A stretch of 64,000 nucleotides of DNA from Prevotella sp. (lineage in GTDB: Bacteria; Bacteroidota; Bacteroidia; Bacteroidales; Dysgonomonadaceae). How positions within the stretch are numbered: the first letter of the stretch is position 1; each line of letters opens with the position of its first letter. Under the pieces are notes generated by a model, which saw nothing but the letters and a program-made list of their open reading frames with translations, did not search any database and had not been told where the DNA came from. A program made the translations under genes and the position numbers. Location: NCBI GenBank assembly GCA_031285625.1, contig JAITVV010000053.1:35180-99179 (forward strand). Direction: 5' to 3'. This document shows, piece after piece, positions 47,615 to 56,856 of this stretch.

Positions 47615-49192
47615 ATGAGAGATAAACTACTGATGTTAGGCGATCAGGCCATTGCACTTGGTGCTATACATGCAGGGATAACCGGAGTTTACGCCTATCC
47701 CGGCACTCCCTCTACCGAAATAACAGAATATATACAAGAGTCTCCTCTTGCTAAGGAGAGGAACGTACACAGCCAATGGTGTACCAACGAGAAAACAGCG
47801 ATGGAAGCCGCTCTTGGTGTTTCCTATATAGGGAAAAGGGCTTTGGTATGTATGAAACATGTAGGGCTGAATGTGGCTGCTGATGCTTTTGTCAACTCGT
47901 CTATGACTGGGACTAACGGAGGTTTGGTAGTGCTTGTTGCGGACGATCCTTCGATGCACTCTTCCCAGAATGAGCAGGACTCCCGCTATTATGGTAAGTT
48001 TGCTTTTATGCCGATATTCGAGCCTTCCTCTCAGCAGGAAGCTTACGATATGATCAGATATGCTTTCGATGTTTCCGAACAATTCGAATTGCCTGTCCTG
48101 ATGCGCCTGACTACGCGCATGGCACACTCACGCGCCGAAGTGCGGATTTCTGAAATAAGGGAACAGAACAAAATAAGATTCCCCGAAGACAAATCACGCT
48201 GGGTATTACTACCTGTAAATGCACGGAGACGTTACAATGAGTTGCTTGCAGCTCAGCCTGCACTTGAAAAATTAGCCACAGAATCAATTTATAATAAATA
48301 CACTTCAGGAAACAAAAAAGGGGTTATAGCCTGCGGATTAGGTTATAATTACCTGATGGAAAACTTTCCCGATGGTTGCGACCGTACGGTATTAAAGATA
48401 TCACAATACCCATTGCCTAAAGAGCTAATCCGTAAGGTAATGAATGAATGTGACGAAGTACTGGTACTCGAAGACGGACAACCATTTGTGGAAGAACAAC
48501 TACGCGGACTACTCGACGAAAGCGGTAAGGTAAAAGGGCGTCTGACCGGGGAACTTCCCCGCGTTGGAGAACTCACGCCCGATAATGTACGTAATGCCCT
48601 TGGTTTTGCAGAGCAGCCGAAATTCAATCCAAGTACCAATGTGGTTCCACGTCCACCGGCTTTATGCACAGGATGCGGACACATAGATGTGTACAAGGCA
48701 TTGAACGAAGTAGTTGCAGAATATAAAGATGCAAAAGTATTCAGTGATATAGGATGCTATACACTAGGGGCATTACCTCCATTCCGTGCCATAGATACAT
48801 GTGTAGATATGGGTGCTTCTATAACAATGGCAAAAGGTGCGGCAGATGGAGGTTTATTCCCCTCTATAGCGGTGATTGGGGATTCTACATTCACTCATTC
48901 GGGTATTACAGGCCTGTTGGATGCTGTAAACTCAGGGGTGAATATTACTGTGGTTATTTCGGATAACCTGACTACGGCAATGACCGGAGGGCAGGATTCC
49001 GCAGGAACAGAACGCCTCGAAGATATATGCTCGGGCGTGGGCGTAGAAAAGGAACATATACGTGTCATTATCCCGCTGCCTAAAAATATGGAAGAGGCTA
49101 AGAATGTAATCAGAGAGGAAATAGAATACAACGGTGTTTCAGTTATCATCCCGCGCAGGGAATGTATTCAGACATTGAAAAGGAAAAAATAA
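47615..49192 (+). CDS. iorA: Indolepyruvate:ferredoxin oxidoreductase subunit alpha (no C-terminal ferredoxin domain)
   Basis: YPGTPSTEI, NEKTA.E, MKHVGLNVAAD, RPPALC.GC.H, DIGCY and TPP motif GDSTF.HSG. Confidence 0.92.
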   Translation: MRDKLLMLGDQAIALGAIHAGITGVYAYPGTPSTEITEYIQESPLAKERNVHSQWCTNEKTAMEAALGVSYIGKRALVCMKHVGLNVAADAFVNSSMTGTNGGLVVLVADDPSMHSSQNEQDSRYYGKFAFMPIFEPSSQQEAYDMIRYAFDVSEQFELPVLMRLTTRMAHSRAEVRISEIREQNKIRFPEDKSRWVLLPVNARRRYNELLAAQPALEKLATESIYNKYTSGNKKGVIACGLGYNYLMENFPDGCDRTVLKISQYPLPKELIRKVMNECDEVLVLEDGQPFVEEQLRGLLDESGKVKGRLTGELPRVGELTPDNVRNALGFAEQPKFNPSTNVVPRPPALCTGCGHIDVYKALNEVVAEYKDAKVFSDIGCYTLGALPPFRAIDTCVDMGASITMAKGAADGGLFPSIAVIGDSTFTHSGITGLLDAVNSGVNITVVISDNLTTAMTGGQDSAGTERLEDICSGVGVEKEHIRVIIPLPKNMEEAKNVIREEIEYNGVSVIIPRRECIQTLKRKK

Positions 49193-49195
49193 CAG

Positions 49196-49292
49196 TTTGT
49201 CATTCTGAACGGAGTGAAGAATCTCGCGTATCCAAAGTAAATCTCTGATTCAAGAGGGTTGGGATGCTTCGTTACCTCAGCATGACAAAGAG
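49196..49292. repeat. REP-like doublet 12, between iorA and iorB
   Basis: tttgtcATTCTgaacggagtgaAGAATctc ... gggATGCTtcgttacctcAGCATgacaaagag. Confidence 0.9.
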
Positions 49293-49304
49293 AGAATAAA
49301 AAAT

Positions 49305-49892
49305 ATGAAACTAGATATAATACTATCAGGTGTAGGCGGGCAGGGAATCCTTTCCATAGCTGCCATCATAGGTGAGGCAGCCTTAGAAGAAGGCCTGCAT
49401 ATCAAACAGGCCGAAGTGCATGGAATGAGTCAGCGGGGCGGTGACGTACAGTCCAACCTGCGCATCTCATCCACAGAGATATATTCCGACCTTATAGCCA
49501 AAGGCACTGCCGACGCCATCATATCATTAGAGCCAATGGAGGCATTGCGCTATCTGCCTTACCTTTCGCAACAGGGATGGATTGTAGCTAATTCGGCACC
49601 ATATGTAAATATAGGTAACTATCCCGAGTTGGATACAGTATTAAAAGAATTGTCGTCACTGCCAAACGTGATCTTGCTTGATGTAGATGCATTGGCAAAA
49701 GAAGGTGGGGTAGGGCGTTCTACTAATATGGTACTGCTGGGTGCCGCCTCGGTTATACTGGGTATAGATTATGATAAGCTCGAAGATGCTATTGCCCGTG
49801 TATTTATGCGTAAAGGCGAGAATGTAGTAGAGATGAATAAGAAAGCATTAAGTATAGGGCGAGAAGCAGGAAAAGAACAGTTGAAGAAATAA
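49305..49892 (+). CDS. iorB: Indolepyruvate oxidoreductase subunit beta
   Basis: GVGGQG, EVHGMSQRGG, LEPMEALR and NMVLLGA. Confidence 0.92.
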   Translation: MKLDIILSGVGGQGILSIAAIIGEAALEEGLHIKQAEVHGMSQRGGDVQSNLRISSTEIYSDLIAKGTADAIISLEPMEALRYLPYLSQQGWIVANSAPYVNIGNYPELDTVLKELSSLPNVILLDVDALAKEGGVGRSTNMVLLGAASVILGIDYDKLEDAIARVFMRKGENVVEMNKKALSIGREAGKEQLKK

Positions 49893-49903
49893 AAGGCTGT
49901 ACT

Positions 49904-49997
49904 CTCTTTGTCATACTGAGTGCAACGAAGCATCTCGACCCTGAAAAGATAGAGACAAAGAGGAAAGAGATTCTTCACTATCGTTCAGAATGACAAA
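49904..49997. repeat. REP-like doublet 13
   Basis: ctctttgtcATACTgagtgcaacgaAGCATctc ... gagATTCTtcactatcgttcAGAATgacaaa. Confidence 0.9.
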
Positions 49998-50008
49998 AAT
50001 GTTTAAAA

Positions 50009-50052
50009 ACTTGTAACTCGTAACAGCCCACAGGGCAAAGTAACTTGTAACT
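50009..50052. repeat. Heptamer-repeat element with GCCCACAGGGC hairpin, copy B
   Basis: acttgta actcgta aca gcccacagggc aaagta acttgta act. Confidence 0.8.
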
Positions 50053-50060
50053 AAAAATAT

Positions 50061-51371
50061 ATGCAACACCAAGTATTCACACAACAGCTCGTAAATCAGG
50101 TAGTGGACGAACTAAAGATCACCAATCTTGAGAAAGCGACCATTGGAGAGGTCTTATTGCTAGCTTCACGTCTCGAGCAGATCACAGGTATTCCTTTCAT
50201 CCGTATGGATCAGGGTGTGCCGGGACTTAAACCATGTCAAATTGGTATAGATGCGGAGAAAAAAGCGCTCGATAGTGGTATCGCATCCATGTATCCGGCA
50301 GCAGAAGGTATCCCTGTGTTGAAGAGTGAAGCATCCCGCTTTGTGAAAGCTTTTCTCGATGTGGATATCTTACCTGCATCCTGTATCCCTGTTACCGGAT
50401 CTGTAGCGGGTTCGTTCGGCTCATTCATAGCATGTAATCAACGCGATTTGCAAAAGGATACTGTTCTGTTTATCGACCCCGGATTTCCTATTCAGAAATC
50501 GCAACTGAAAATACTGGGTGTGAAATACGAAGAATTTGATGTGTACAAATACAGAGGCGCTCCCCTGAAAGATAAACTCGAAAGCTTCCTTTCTAAAGGC
50601 AATATATCCACCATCGTTTATTCCAATCCGAATAATCCGGCGTGGATCAGTTTCACCGAAGAGGAGTTGAAGGTTATTGGCGGGTTGGCTACCAAATATG
50701 ATGTTATTGTGATGGAAGATCTAGCGTATTTTGGCATGGATTTCCGTACCGATTTTGGTAAGCCGTTTCAGCCGCCTTATGTTCCGACTGTGGCACGTTA
50801 TACAGACAACTATATACTGATGCTTTCCTCATCCAAGATATTTAGCTATGCCGGACAACGTGCGGCTGTGCTTTGTGTTTCGGACAAACTGTTTTCGCGG
50901 AAGTTTGATGCTTTTGCTCAGCGCTATTCCGGAGCAGGTATTTTTGGGCCTACATTTATAGGTTCTATTTTATATATGATCACCTCAGGCATCACGCATT
51001 CCACGCAGTACGGATATGCTGCTATGCTGAAAGCAGCCTCAGACGGCGAGCTCGACTTTGTGAAAGAAACAAGCGAATATGCACGGCGTGCACACAGAAT
51101 GAAGGAGTCATTCGGAAAATATGGATTCAATGTGGTGTACGATAAGGATATAGACCGCGATATTTCGGACGGCTTTTTCTTCACCATCGGCTATAAAGAT
51201 ATGACCTGTGCCGAACTGATGCGCGAACTGCTTTATTATGGTATAAGCTCCATTGCCTTGTCCACCACAGGCAGCGACCAGCAAGGTGTCAGGGCGTGTT
51301 GCTCGCGTATGAGTGAAGACCTCTATGGTGTATTGGATGAGCGGTTGAAGGCGTTTAGCCTCGACCATTAA
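50061..51371 (+). CDS. PLP-dependent aminotransferase, class I/II
   Basis: SNPNNP, EDLAY and SSSKIFSYAGQR (PLP lysine). Confidence 0.88.
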   Translation: MQHQVFTQQLVNQVVDELKITNLEKATIGEVLLLASRLEQITGIPFIRMDQGVPGLKPCQIGIDAEKKALDSGIASMYPAAEGIPVLKSEASRFVKAFLDVDILPASCIPVTGSVAGSFGSFIACNQRDLQKDTVLFIDPGFPIQKSQLKILGVKYEEFDVYKYRGAPLKDKLESFLSKGNISTIVYSNPNNPAWISFTEEELKVIGGLATKYDVIVMEDLAYFGMDFRTDFGKPFQPPYVPTVARYTDNYILMLSSSKIFSYAGQRAAVLCVSDKLFSRKFDAFAQRYSGAGIFGPTFIGSILYMITSGITHSTQYGYAAMLKAASDGELDFVKETSEYARRAHRMKESFGKYGFNVVYDKDIDRDISDGFFFTIGYKDMTCAELMRELLYYGISSIALSTTGSDQQGVRACCSRMSEDLYGVLDERLKAFSLDH

Positions 51372-51478
51372 TAATAAAATTAATATATGGAAATGAATAT
51401 AAGAGTGTGACAATGGTAAAAAAGAAAGAGTGAGTATGAGGAAGATTAAATTATTAACTTTTTTACCCTAAAATTTTT

Positions 51479-53767
51479 ATGCAAAGAGTAGCGTTTTTTA
51501 TTATTTGTTGTTTTATGTTTTTGTCCGGTTGTCTTTCAACAATCGGTGCACAAATGAATTTAGAACCTGTAGACTATGTAAATCCATTAACAGGAACATT
51601 GTCGAAGTTCGAATTGTCTACAGGAAATAACTATCCTGTAATAGCCCGTCCATGGGGAATGAATTTCTGGTCGCCCCAAACCGGCGAGATGGGAAACGGA
51701 TGGATGTATACGTATACCGCCGACAAGATCAGAGGCTTTAAGCAAACACTCCAGCCTAGTCCGTGGATGAACGATTACGGGCAATTCTCACTAATGCCTA
51801 TCACGGGCAAAGTAACATTCGATCAGGATAAACGTGCAAGTTGGTTTTCGCACAAGGCCGAAATTGCTAAGCCATACTATTATAAGGTATATCTGGCAGA
51901 TTATGACATAACTACCGAGATAACACCGACTTCGCGTGCAGCTGTATTCCGGTTTACCTTTCCCGAAAATGATAAGTCGTATGTTATAATCGATGCATTT
52001 GACAGAGGGTCATATGTAAAGATAGTACCTGAAGAAAATAAAATAATAGGCTATACAACACGCAATAGCGGGGGAGTTCCTGACAATTTCAAGAACTATT
52101 TTGTGATCAAGTTTGACAAGCCGTTTACATATACAGCAACAGCAGGTGACGGCGAAATACGTAAGAATGAATTGGAAGCACAGGAAGATCATGCCGGAGC
52201 TATTATCGGATTCAAAACCGTCAGGGGAGAAGTTGTTCATGCACGGGTTGCATCTTCATTCATAAGTTACGAACAGGCTGAACTCAACCTGAAAGAACTG
52301 GGTGCGGATTCGTTTGACACTGTGGCACAAAAAGGACGTCAGGAATGGAATGAAGTATTAGGTAAAATTACCGTAGAGGATGAGAATGTAAATAATCTGC
52401 AAACATTTTATTCTTGCCTGTACCGTTCAGTGCAGTTTCCACGTAGTTTCTATGAAATAAATGCACAGGGTGAAGTGGTGCATTACAGCCCTTTTAATGG
52501 TCAGGTACTACCAGGCTATATGTTTACCGATACCGGATTCTGGGATACTTTCCGTTGTTTGTTCCCGTTCCTGAATCTTGTATATCCATCTATAAATGAA
52601 AAAATACAGGCAGGACTTGTGAATGCCTACAAAGAAAGTGGTTTCCTCCCTGAATGGGGTAGCCCCGGACACAGGAATATTATGATCGGTCAAAACTCGG
52701 CTTCTGTGGTCTCGGATGCGTATGTCAAAGGATTGAAAAACTACGATATAGAAGAATTGTGGAAAGCTGTCACCCGTGGTGCAAACGACCATCTTAAAGG
52801 CACAGCTTCGGGCAGGGTAGGATATGAGTTTTACAACAAGTATGGCTATGTGCCCAATAATGTAAATATTGGCCAGAATGCAGCCCGTACCCTCGAATAC
52901 GCTTATAACGACTGGGCGATTTATAAACTGGGCAAAACATTAGGAAAGCCGGAAAGCGAACTGGCACAATACAAGAAGCATGCACTCAATTATAAAAATG
53001 TATTCAATCCTAAAAACAGGGTGATGTCCGGCAAGGACGATCAGGGAGTATTCAATCCGAAGTTCAAACCGGAAGACTGGAGTACAGAGTTCTGTGAAGG
53101 CAACAGCTGGCACTGGAGTTTTTGTGTTTTCCACGATCCTAAAGGGCTTATCGAACTGATGGGAGGAAAGCAAGGATTCAACCAGATGATGGATTCCGTA
53201 TTTATCATTCCTAGCTATCAGGGTATGAACAGCCGCAGGATGATCCATGAAATGCGTGAAATGCAGGTGATGGACATGGGGCAATATGCCCACGGAAACC
53301 AGCCTATACAGCATATGGTGTATATGTATAACTATTCGGGCCAGCCATGGAAAGCTCAGTACTGGGCACGCGAAATAATGGATAAGCTTTATAATCCTTA
53401 TGCTGATGCATATTGCGGCGATGAAGACAATGGCCAGACTTCGGCATGGTATGTTTTCTCTGCGATGGGCTTTTATACGGTTTGTCCCGGTACCAATGAG
53501 TATATACTGGGTTCACCTTTATTTAAAGGTATGAAAGTGAAGCTCGAAAACGGTAAAACGATTTCGATACAGTCTACGAATAATAATAAGAACAATCGTT
53601 ATGTGAAATCAGTGAAACTGAACGGAAAGATCTATTCGAAGAATTATTTCACACACGAAGATCTGCTAAAAGGAGCAAATATCGTATATGATATGTCATC
53701 TACTCCGAATATGAGCAGGGGCGTGAATGAAGCAGACTTCCCGTATTCTTTCAGTAACGAGAAATAA
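51479..53767 (+). CDS. GH92 alpha-1,2-mannosidase-type enzyme
   Basis: PSPW, GFWDTFR, EGN, IHEMREM...GQYAHGNQP and GDEDNG; the PW plus HE residues are typical of alpha-1,2-specific GH92. Confidence 0.9.
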   Translation: MQRVAFFIICCFMFLSGCLSTIGAQMNLEPVDYVNPLTGTLSKFELSTGNNYPVIARPWGMNFWSPQTGEMGNGWMYTYTADKIRGFKQTLQPSPWMNDYGQFSLMPITGKVTFDQDKRASWFSHKAEIAKPYYYKVYLADYDITTEITPTSRAAVFRFTFPENDKSYVIIDAFDRGSYVKIVPEENKIIGYTTRNSGGVPDNFKNYFVIKFDKPFTYTATAGDGEIRKNELEAQEDHAGAIIGFKTVRGEVVHARVASSFISYEQAELNLKELGADSFDTVAQKGRQEWNEVLGKITVEDENVNNLQTFYSCLYRSVQFPRSFYEINAQGEVVHYSPFNGQVLPGYMFTDTGFWDTFRCLFPFLNLVYPSINEKIQAGLVNAYKESGFLPEWGSPGHRNIMIGQNSASVVSDAYVKGLKNYDIEELWKAVTRGANDHLKGTASGRVGYEFYNKYGYVPNNVNIGQNAARTLEYAYNDWAIYKLGKTLGKPESELAQYKKHALNYKNVFNPKNRVMSGKDDQGVFNPKFKPEDWSTEFCEGNSWHWSFCVFHDPKGLIELMGGKQGFNQMMDSVFIIPSYQGMNSRRMIHEMREMQVMDMGQYAHGNQPIQHMVYMYNYSGQPWKAQYWAREIMDKLYNPYADAYCGDEDNGQTSAWYVFSAMGFYTVCPGTNEYILGSPLFKGMKVKLENGKTISIQSTNNNKNNRYVKSVKLNGKIYSKNYFTHEDLLKGANIVYDMSSTPNMSRGVNEADFPYSFSNEK

Positions 53768-53826
53768 ATAACTGAGTCTGTCCGGATGGTATTTTGCTGT
53801 CCGGGCAAGCTTTGTTAGTTTGTGAT

Positions 53827-54492
53827 ATGAATAAAAAGCAGATTGAAGTTTTCTTTAAGACAATTCGTGCTTTTAACTATGCAGAAGTGAAATCGCTGGT
53901 TGAAAGTGATAGCGAATACCTTACAGTATGCCGTTCGGCTCCGCCCAAAAAAGATGACGGGCAATCGGGGCTTCAGGTGGCGTTTAAGGTTGGCACATTC
54001 GATATTGCAGAATATCTGATAGACAAGGGAGCAAATGTAAATTTTATAGAAGAATCGGAAATAAACGAATGGCGTGCACCGGTACTGCACGATTGTATCA
54101 GAGCTGCATTTTATCAGATGAATATAATGAAGAAAGACTTGGACAGATTCGAAAAAGCTTTTCTTCTACTCAAATTGATGTTGGCAAAGGGAGCAGATCC
54201 TAACGCAACGGATTCTTATGGAAATAGTTGTTTGATCTGGGCTTTTCTGGATGCCCATCAGTTTATAGATCATCCTGCTGCTACACCGAGAACCGTTGAA
54301 CGGTCACGGCAGATTTTTCGTGAACTTATCAGGGCAGGCGCAGATATAAATTATTCGAACGACAAACGTGAGAGCATACACTATTTTATAGCTAATTATA
54401 AATATGAAAAATATAAGCTCCTTGATTTTGAAGGTCTTCCGGAATTCAATACAGAGAGCAAGCCTAAGAGTTTTTGGAAAAGGTTATTTTGA
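53827..54492 (+). CDS. Ankyrin-repeat protein
   Basis: IAEYLIDKGANVN, LMLAKGADPNATDSYGNS and LIRAGADIN. Start moved to MNKKQ. Confidence 0.8.
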   Translation: MNKKQIEVFFKTIRAFNYAEVKSLVESDSEYLTVCRSAPPKKDDGQSGLQVAFKVGTFDIAEYLIDKGANVNFIEESEINEWRAPVLHDCIRAAFYQMNIMKKDLDRFEKAFLLLKLMLAKGADPNATDSYGNSCLIWAFLDAHQFIDHPAATPRTVERSRQIFRELIRAGADINYSNDKRESIHYFIANYKYEKYKLLDFEGLPEFNTESKPKSFWKRLF

Positions 54493-54517
54493 GAGTGGAG
54501 AATTATTTCAGACTTTA

Positions 54518-54602
54518 TTTGTCATGTTGAGTAACCGAATATCCCGACTCTAGGAACTAGAATTTAAGAGGCAAGAGATTCTTCACTATGTTCAGAATGA
54601 CA
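54518..54602. repeat. REP-like doublet 14 (left arm degenerate)
   Basis: tttgtcatgttgagtaaccgaatatcccgactc ... gagATTCTtcactatgttcAGAATgaca. Confidence 0.8.
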
Positions 54603-54663
54603 GGGAAAAGAGGAATTTAGCTTACCTATTTATTTTGATAAATTTATCTTATATTAGAACTAT

Positions 54664-54736
54664 AAGAATAAAACTAACAGCTAAAAAAAACATACAAATA
54701 ATTGTCACCTTTGTCACTTTTTTATAAAAAATAGAA
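54664..54736 (+). repeat. Duplicated leader, copy A (tgtcacNtttgtcac core)
   Basis: Aligns to 55392-55454. Confidence 0.75.
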
Positions 54737-55302
54737 TGAATTATTTTCTCAAAATAACAAGTAAACCCAACTATCCTTTAGTATATGATGCGCAGCATAA
54801 TAATACAAACGGAAGTTACTTTGCCGTGGGAAAATATATAAACGAAGAAATAAGCGATCCGTTGATCTACAACGATGCGCAGAATAGTGATATCGGATAT
54901 GAAAAACTGATAACATACAGCGCCTTGGAAACGGTAGGAGGTGGCGTATTATATTCCCGGCAGTTTGTAGACTTCCTTTATAAGAATGGCTTTGATAAAG
55001 ATGTACAGATCTTTGACGCACGGTTCAATTATAAAGGAAATTCCTGTGATAATTATTATGTAGTTAACATATACAATAAGGTAGAATGCTATGATATGGA
55101 TCAGTCTGTTTATCAGGTGCATCCTGTAGATAAATCGTATAAGTTCAGCAAAACGGTGTTGAAAGAAGAACCTCTGGAAGAATACGGATATATTTACAAT
55201 ATTGCACGAAGTGTGTACGATAATAAAATAATTGTTTCGGGAGAATTCAGGGAATTACTGAAAACAGAAAAGATGAATAGTATAAGTTTTTCAACGAAAT
55301 AA
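54736..55302 (+). CDS. Imm11/DUF1629-like orphan immunity protein
   Basis: Pattern LYSRQF...VQIF...YYVVNI.NKVECYD.DQS...IIVSGEFRELL...ISF, recognised by eye. Confidence 0.6.
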   Translation: MNYFLKITSKPNYPLVYDAQHNNTNGSYFAVGKYINEEISDPLIYNDAQNSDIGYEKLITYSALETVGGGVLYSRQFVDFLYKNGFDKDVQIFDARFNYKGNSCDNYYVVNIYNKVECYDMDQSVYQVHPVDKSYKFSKTVLKEEPLEEYGYIYNIARSVYDNKIIVSGEFRELLKTEKMNSISFSTK

Positions 55303-55309
55303 AAGTATT

Positions 55310-55381
55310 TTGTCATGCTGACGGAGGAAGCATCCCGATTCATTTATTCATGGAAAAAGGGAAGATTCTTCAGGATGACAA
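55310..55381. repeat. REP-like doublet 15 (right arm truncated)
   Basis: ttgtcATGCTgacggaggaAGCATccc ... gattcttcaggatgacaa. Confidence 0.8.
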
Positions 55382-55391
55382 TTGGATCATA

Positions 55392-55454
55392 AAGAATAAA
55401 TCTAACTAATAACATAAAATACCTGTCACTTTTGTCACTTTTTATAAAATAGAA
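55392..55454 (+). repeat. Duplicated leader, copy B
   Basis: aagaataaatctaac...aacataaaatacctgtcacttttgtcactttttataaaatagaa. Confidence 0.75.
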
Positions 55455-55479
55455 ACAACTAATAAAACGAACATATACC

Positions 55480-56781
55480 ATGATTTGGAACAAACCTAAA
55501 GAATGTATGAACCCCGAAGATAAACGCCGGATGCAGGGCGAGCGTCTTCGCAAACTTGTTGAGAGGGTTTATCATTGCACACCATTCTACCGTCAGAAGA
55601 TGCAGGAAATGGATATAACACCTGACGATATTCAGTCGATAGACGATATTGTAAAGTTGCCATTCACCACCAAGCAGGATTTGAGGGATAATTACCCTTA
55701 CGGACTGTTTGCTGTACCCATGTCGGAGATTATCCGCCTGCATGCCTCATCGGGCACTACCGGACTGCCTACTGTGGTAGGATATACCCGCCGCGACTTG
55801 TCCATATGGTCGGAGATGATAGCACGATGCCTGAGTGCCTACGGGGCAACCAGTAACGATATATTTACAGTGGCGTATGGCTACGGACTATTTACCGGTG
55901 GTCTGGGTGTTCATTATGGTGTCGAGCATCTTGGAGGTACGGTTATACCTATGTCGAGCGGAAATACAGCCAAACAGATTCAGCTGATGCATGACTTTGG
56001 ACCTACAGCTATTGCCTGTACGCCATCTTATGCCCTCTATCTGGCAGAGGCAATGGCTAAGACAGGAATTCCCCGTGAAGAGTTTAAGCTCCGTATTGGT
56101 ATCTTTGGAGCTGAGCCATGGACAGACAATATGCGCAAAGAGATAGAAGTAAAAATGGGTATCAATGCCTATAATATATACGGACTGAGTGAAGTGATGG
56201 GTCCCGGTGTAGCCTATGAATGTGAATGCAAAGACGGGTCGCACATTGTAGACGATCATTTCTATCCTGAGATTGTTTCTCCCGATACTTTGCAGCCGTT
56301 GCCATATGGGGAGCAGGGCGAATTAGTATTTACTACATTAACCAAAGAAGGCTTGCCATTGCTACGGTACAGGACTAAAGACCTGTGTACACTTACCGAT
56401 GAGCAATGCAAATGTGGCCGTACAAATGTCCGTATGGGACGTATAGTAGGACGTAGCGATGATATGTTGATTATCCGTGGAGTAAATGTATTCCCGTCGC
56501 AGATAGAAAGTGTGATACTGGAAATGGAAGAGTTCGAAGCACATTATCTGCTGATAGTAGACAGGATTAATAATCTGGATATACTGGAGGTACAGGTAGA
56601 GGTGCGTGACGGCTACTATTCCGATGAGATAAGCAAGATGCTGGCATTGAAGAAAAGACTAGGGCAACGCCTGCAGAGTGTGCTGGGCATCAGTGCCGAT
56701 ATTAAACTGGTAGAGCCTTTCAGTATTAAGCGTAGCGAAGGTAAAGCGCAGAGGGTAATAGATAAACGTATACTCAATTGA
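55480..56781 (+). CDS. paaK: Phenylacetate-CoA ligase
   Basis: HASSGTTG, YGYGLFTGGLG, GAEPW, YGLSE and GRSDDMLIIRGVNVFPSQIE. Confidence 0.92.
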   Translation: MIWNKPKECMNPEDKRRMQGERLRKLVERVYHCTPFYRQKMQEMDITPDDIQSIDDIVKLPFTTKQDLRDNYPYGLFAVPMSEIIRLHASSGTTGLPTVVGYTRRDLSIWSEMIARCLSAYGATSNDIFTVAYGYGLFTGGLGVHYGVEHLGGTVIPMSSGNTAKQIQLMHDFGPTAIACTPSYALYLAEAMAKTGIPREEFKLRIGIFGAEPWTDNMRKEIEVKMGINAYNIYGLSEVMGPGVAYECECKDGSHIVDDHFYPEIVSPDTLQPLPYGEQGELVFTTLTKEGLPLLRYRTKDLCTLTDEQCKCGRTNVRMGRIVGRSDDMLIIRGVNVFPSQIESVILEMEEFEAHYLLIVDRINNLDILEVQVEVRDGYYSDEISKMLALKKRLGQRLQSVLGISADIKLVEPFSIKRSEGKAQRVIDKRILN

Positions 56782-56840
56782 CAGTGGAAAATGGACAATG
56801 GTTAATGAATTTCCAAACTGTCAACTGTCAATTATCAACT
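56778..56840. repeat. Inverted heptamer tandem repeats starting at the paaK stop codon
   Basis: ttgacag tggaaaa tggacaa tggttaa ... ttccaaa ctgtcaa ctgtcaa ttatcaa. Confidence 0.65.
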
Positions 56841-56856
56841 ATTAATTTTTTAAATT

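Noticed and set aside
667-55381. REP doublets as a CRISPR array or integron attC sites
   Set aside because: They are dispersed inverted pairs with related spacers, not direct repeats with unique spacers. No cas or integrase gene is present and no GTTRRRY cores were seen.
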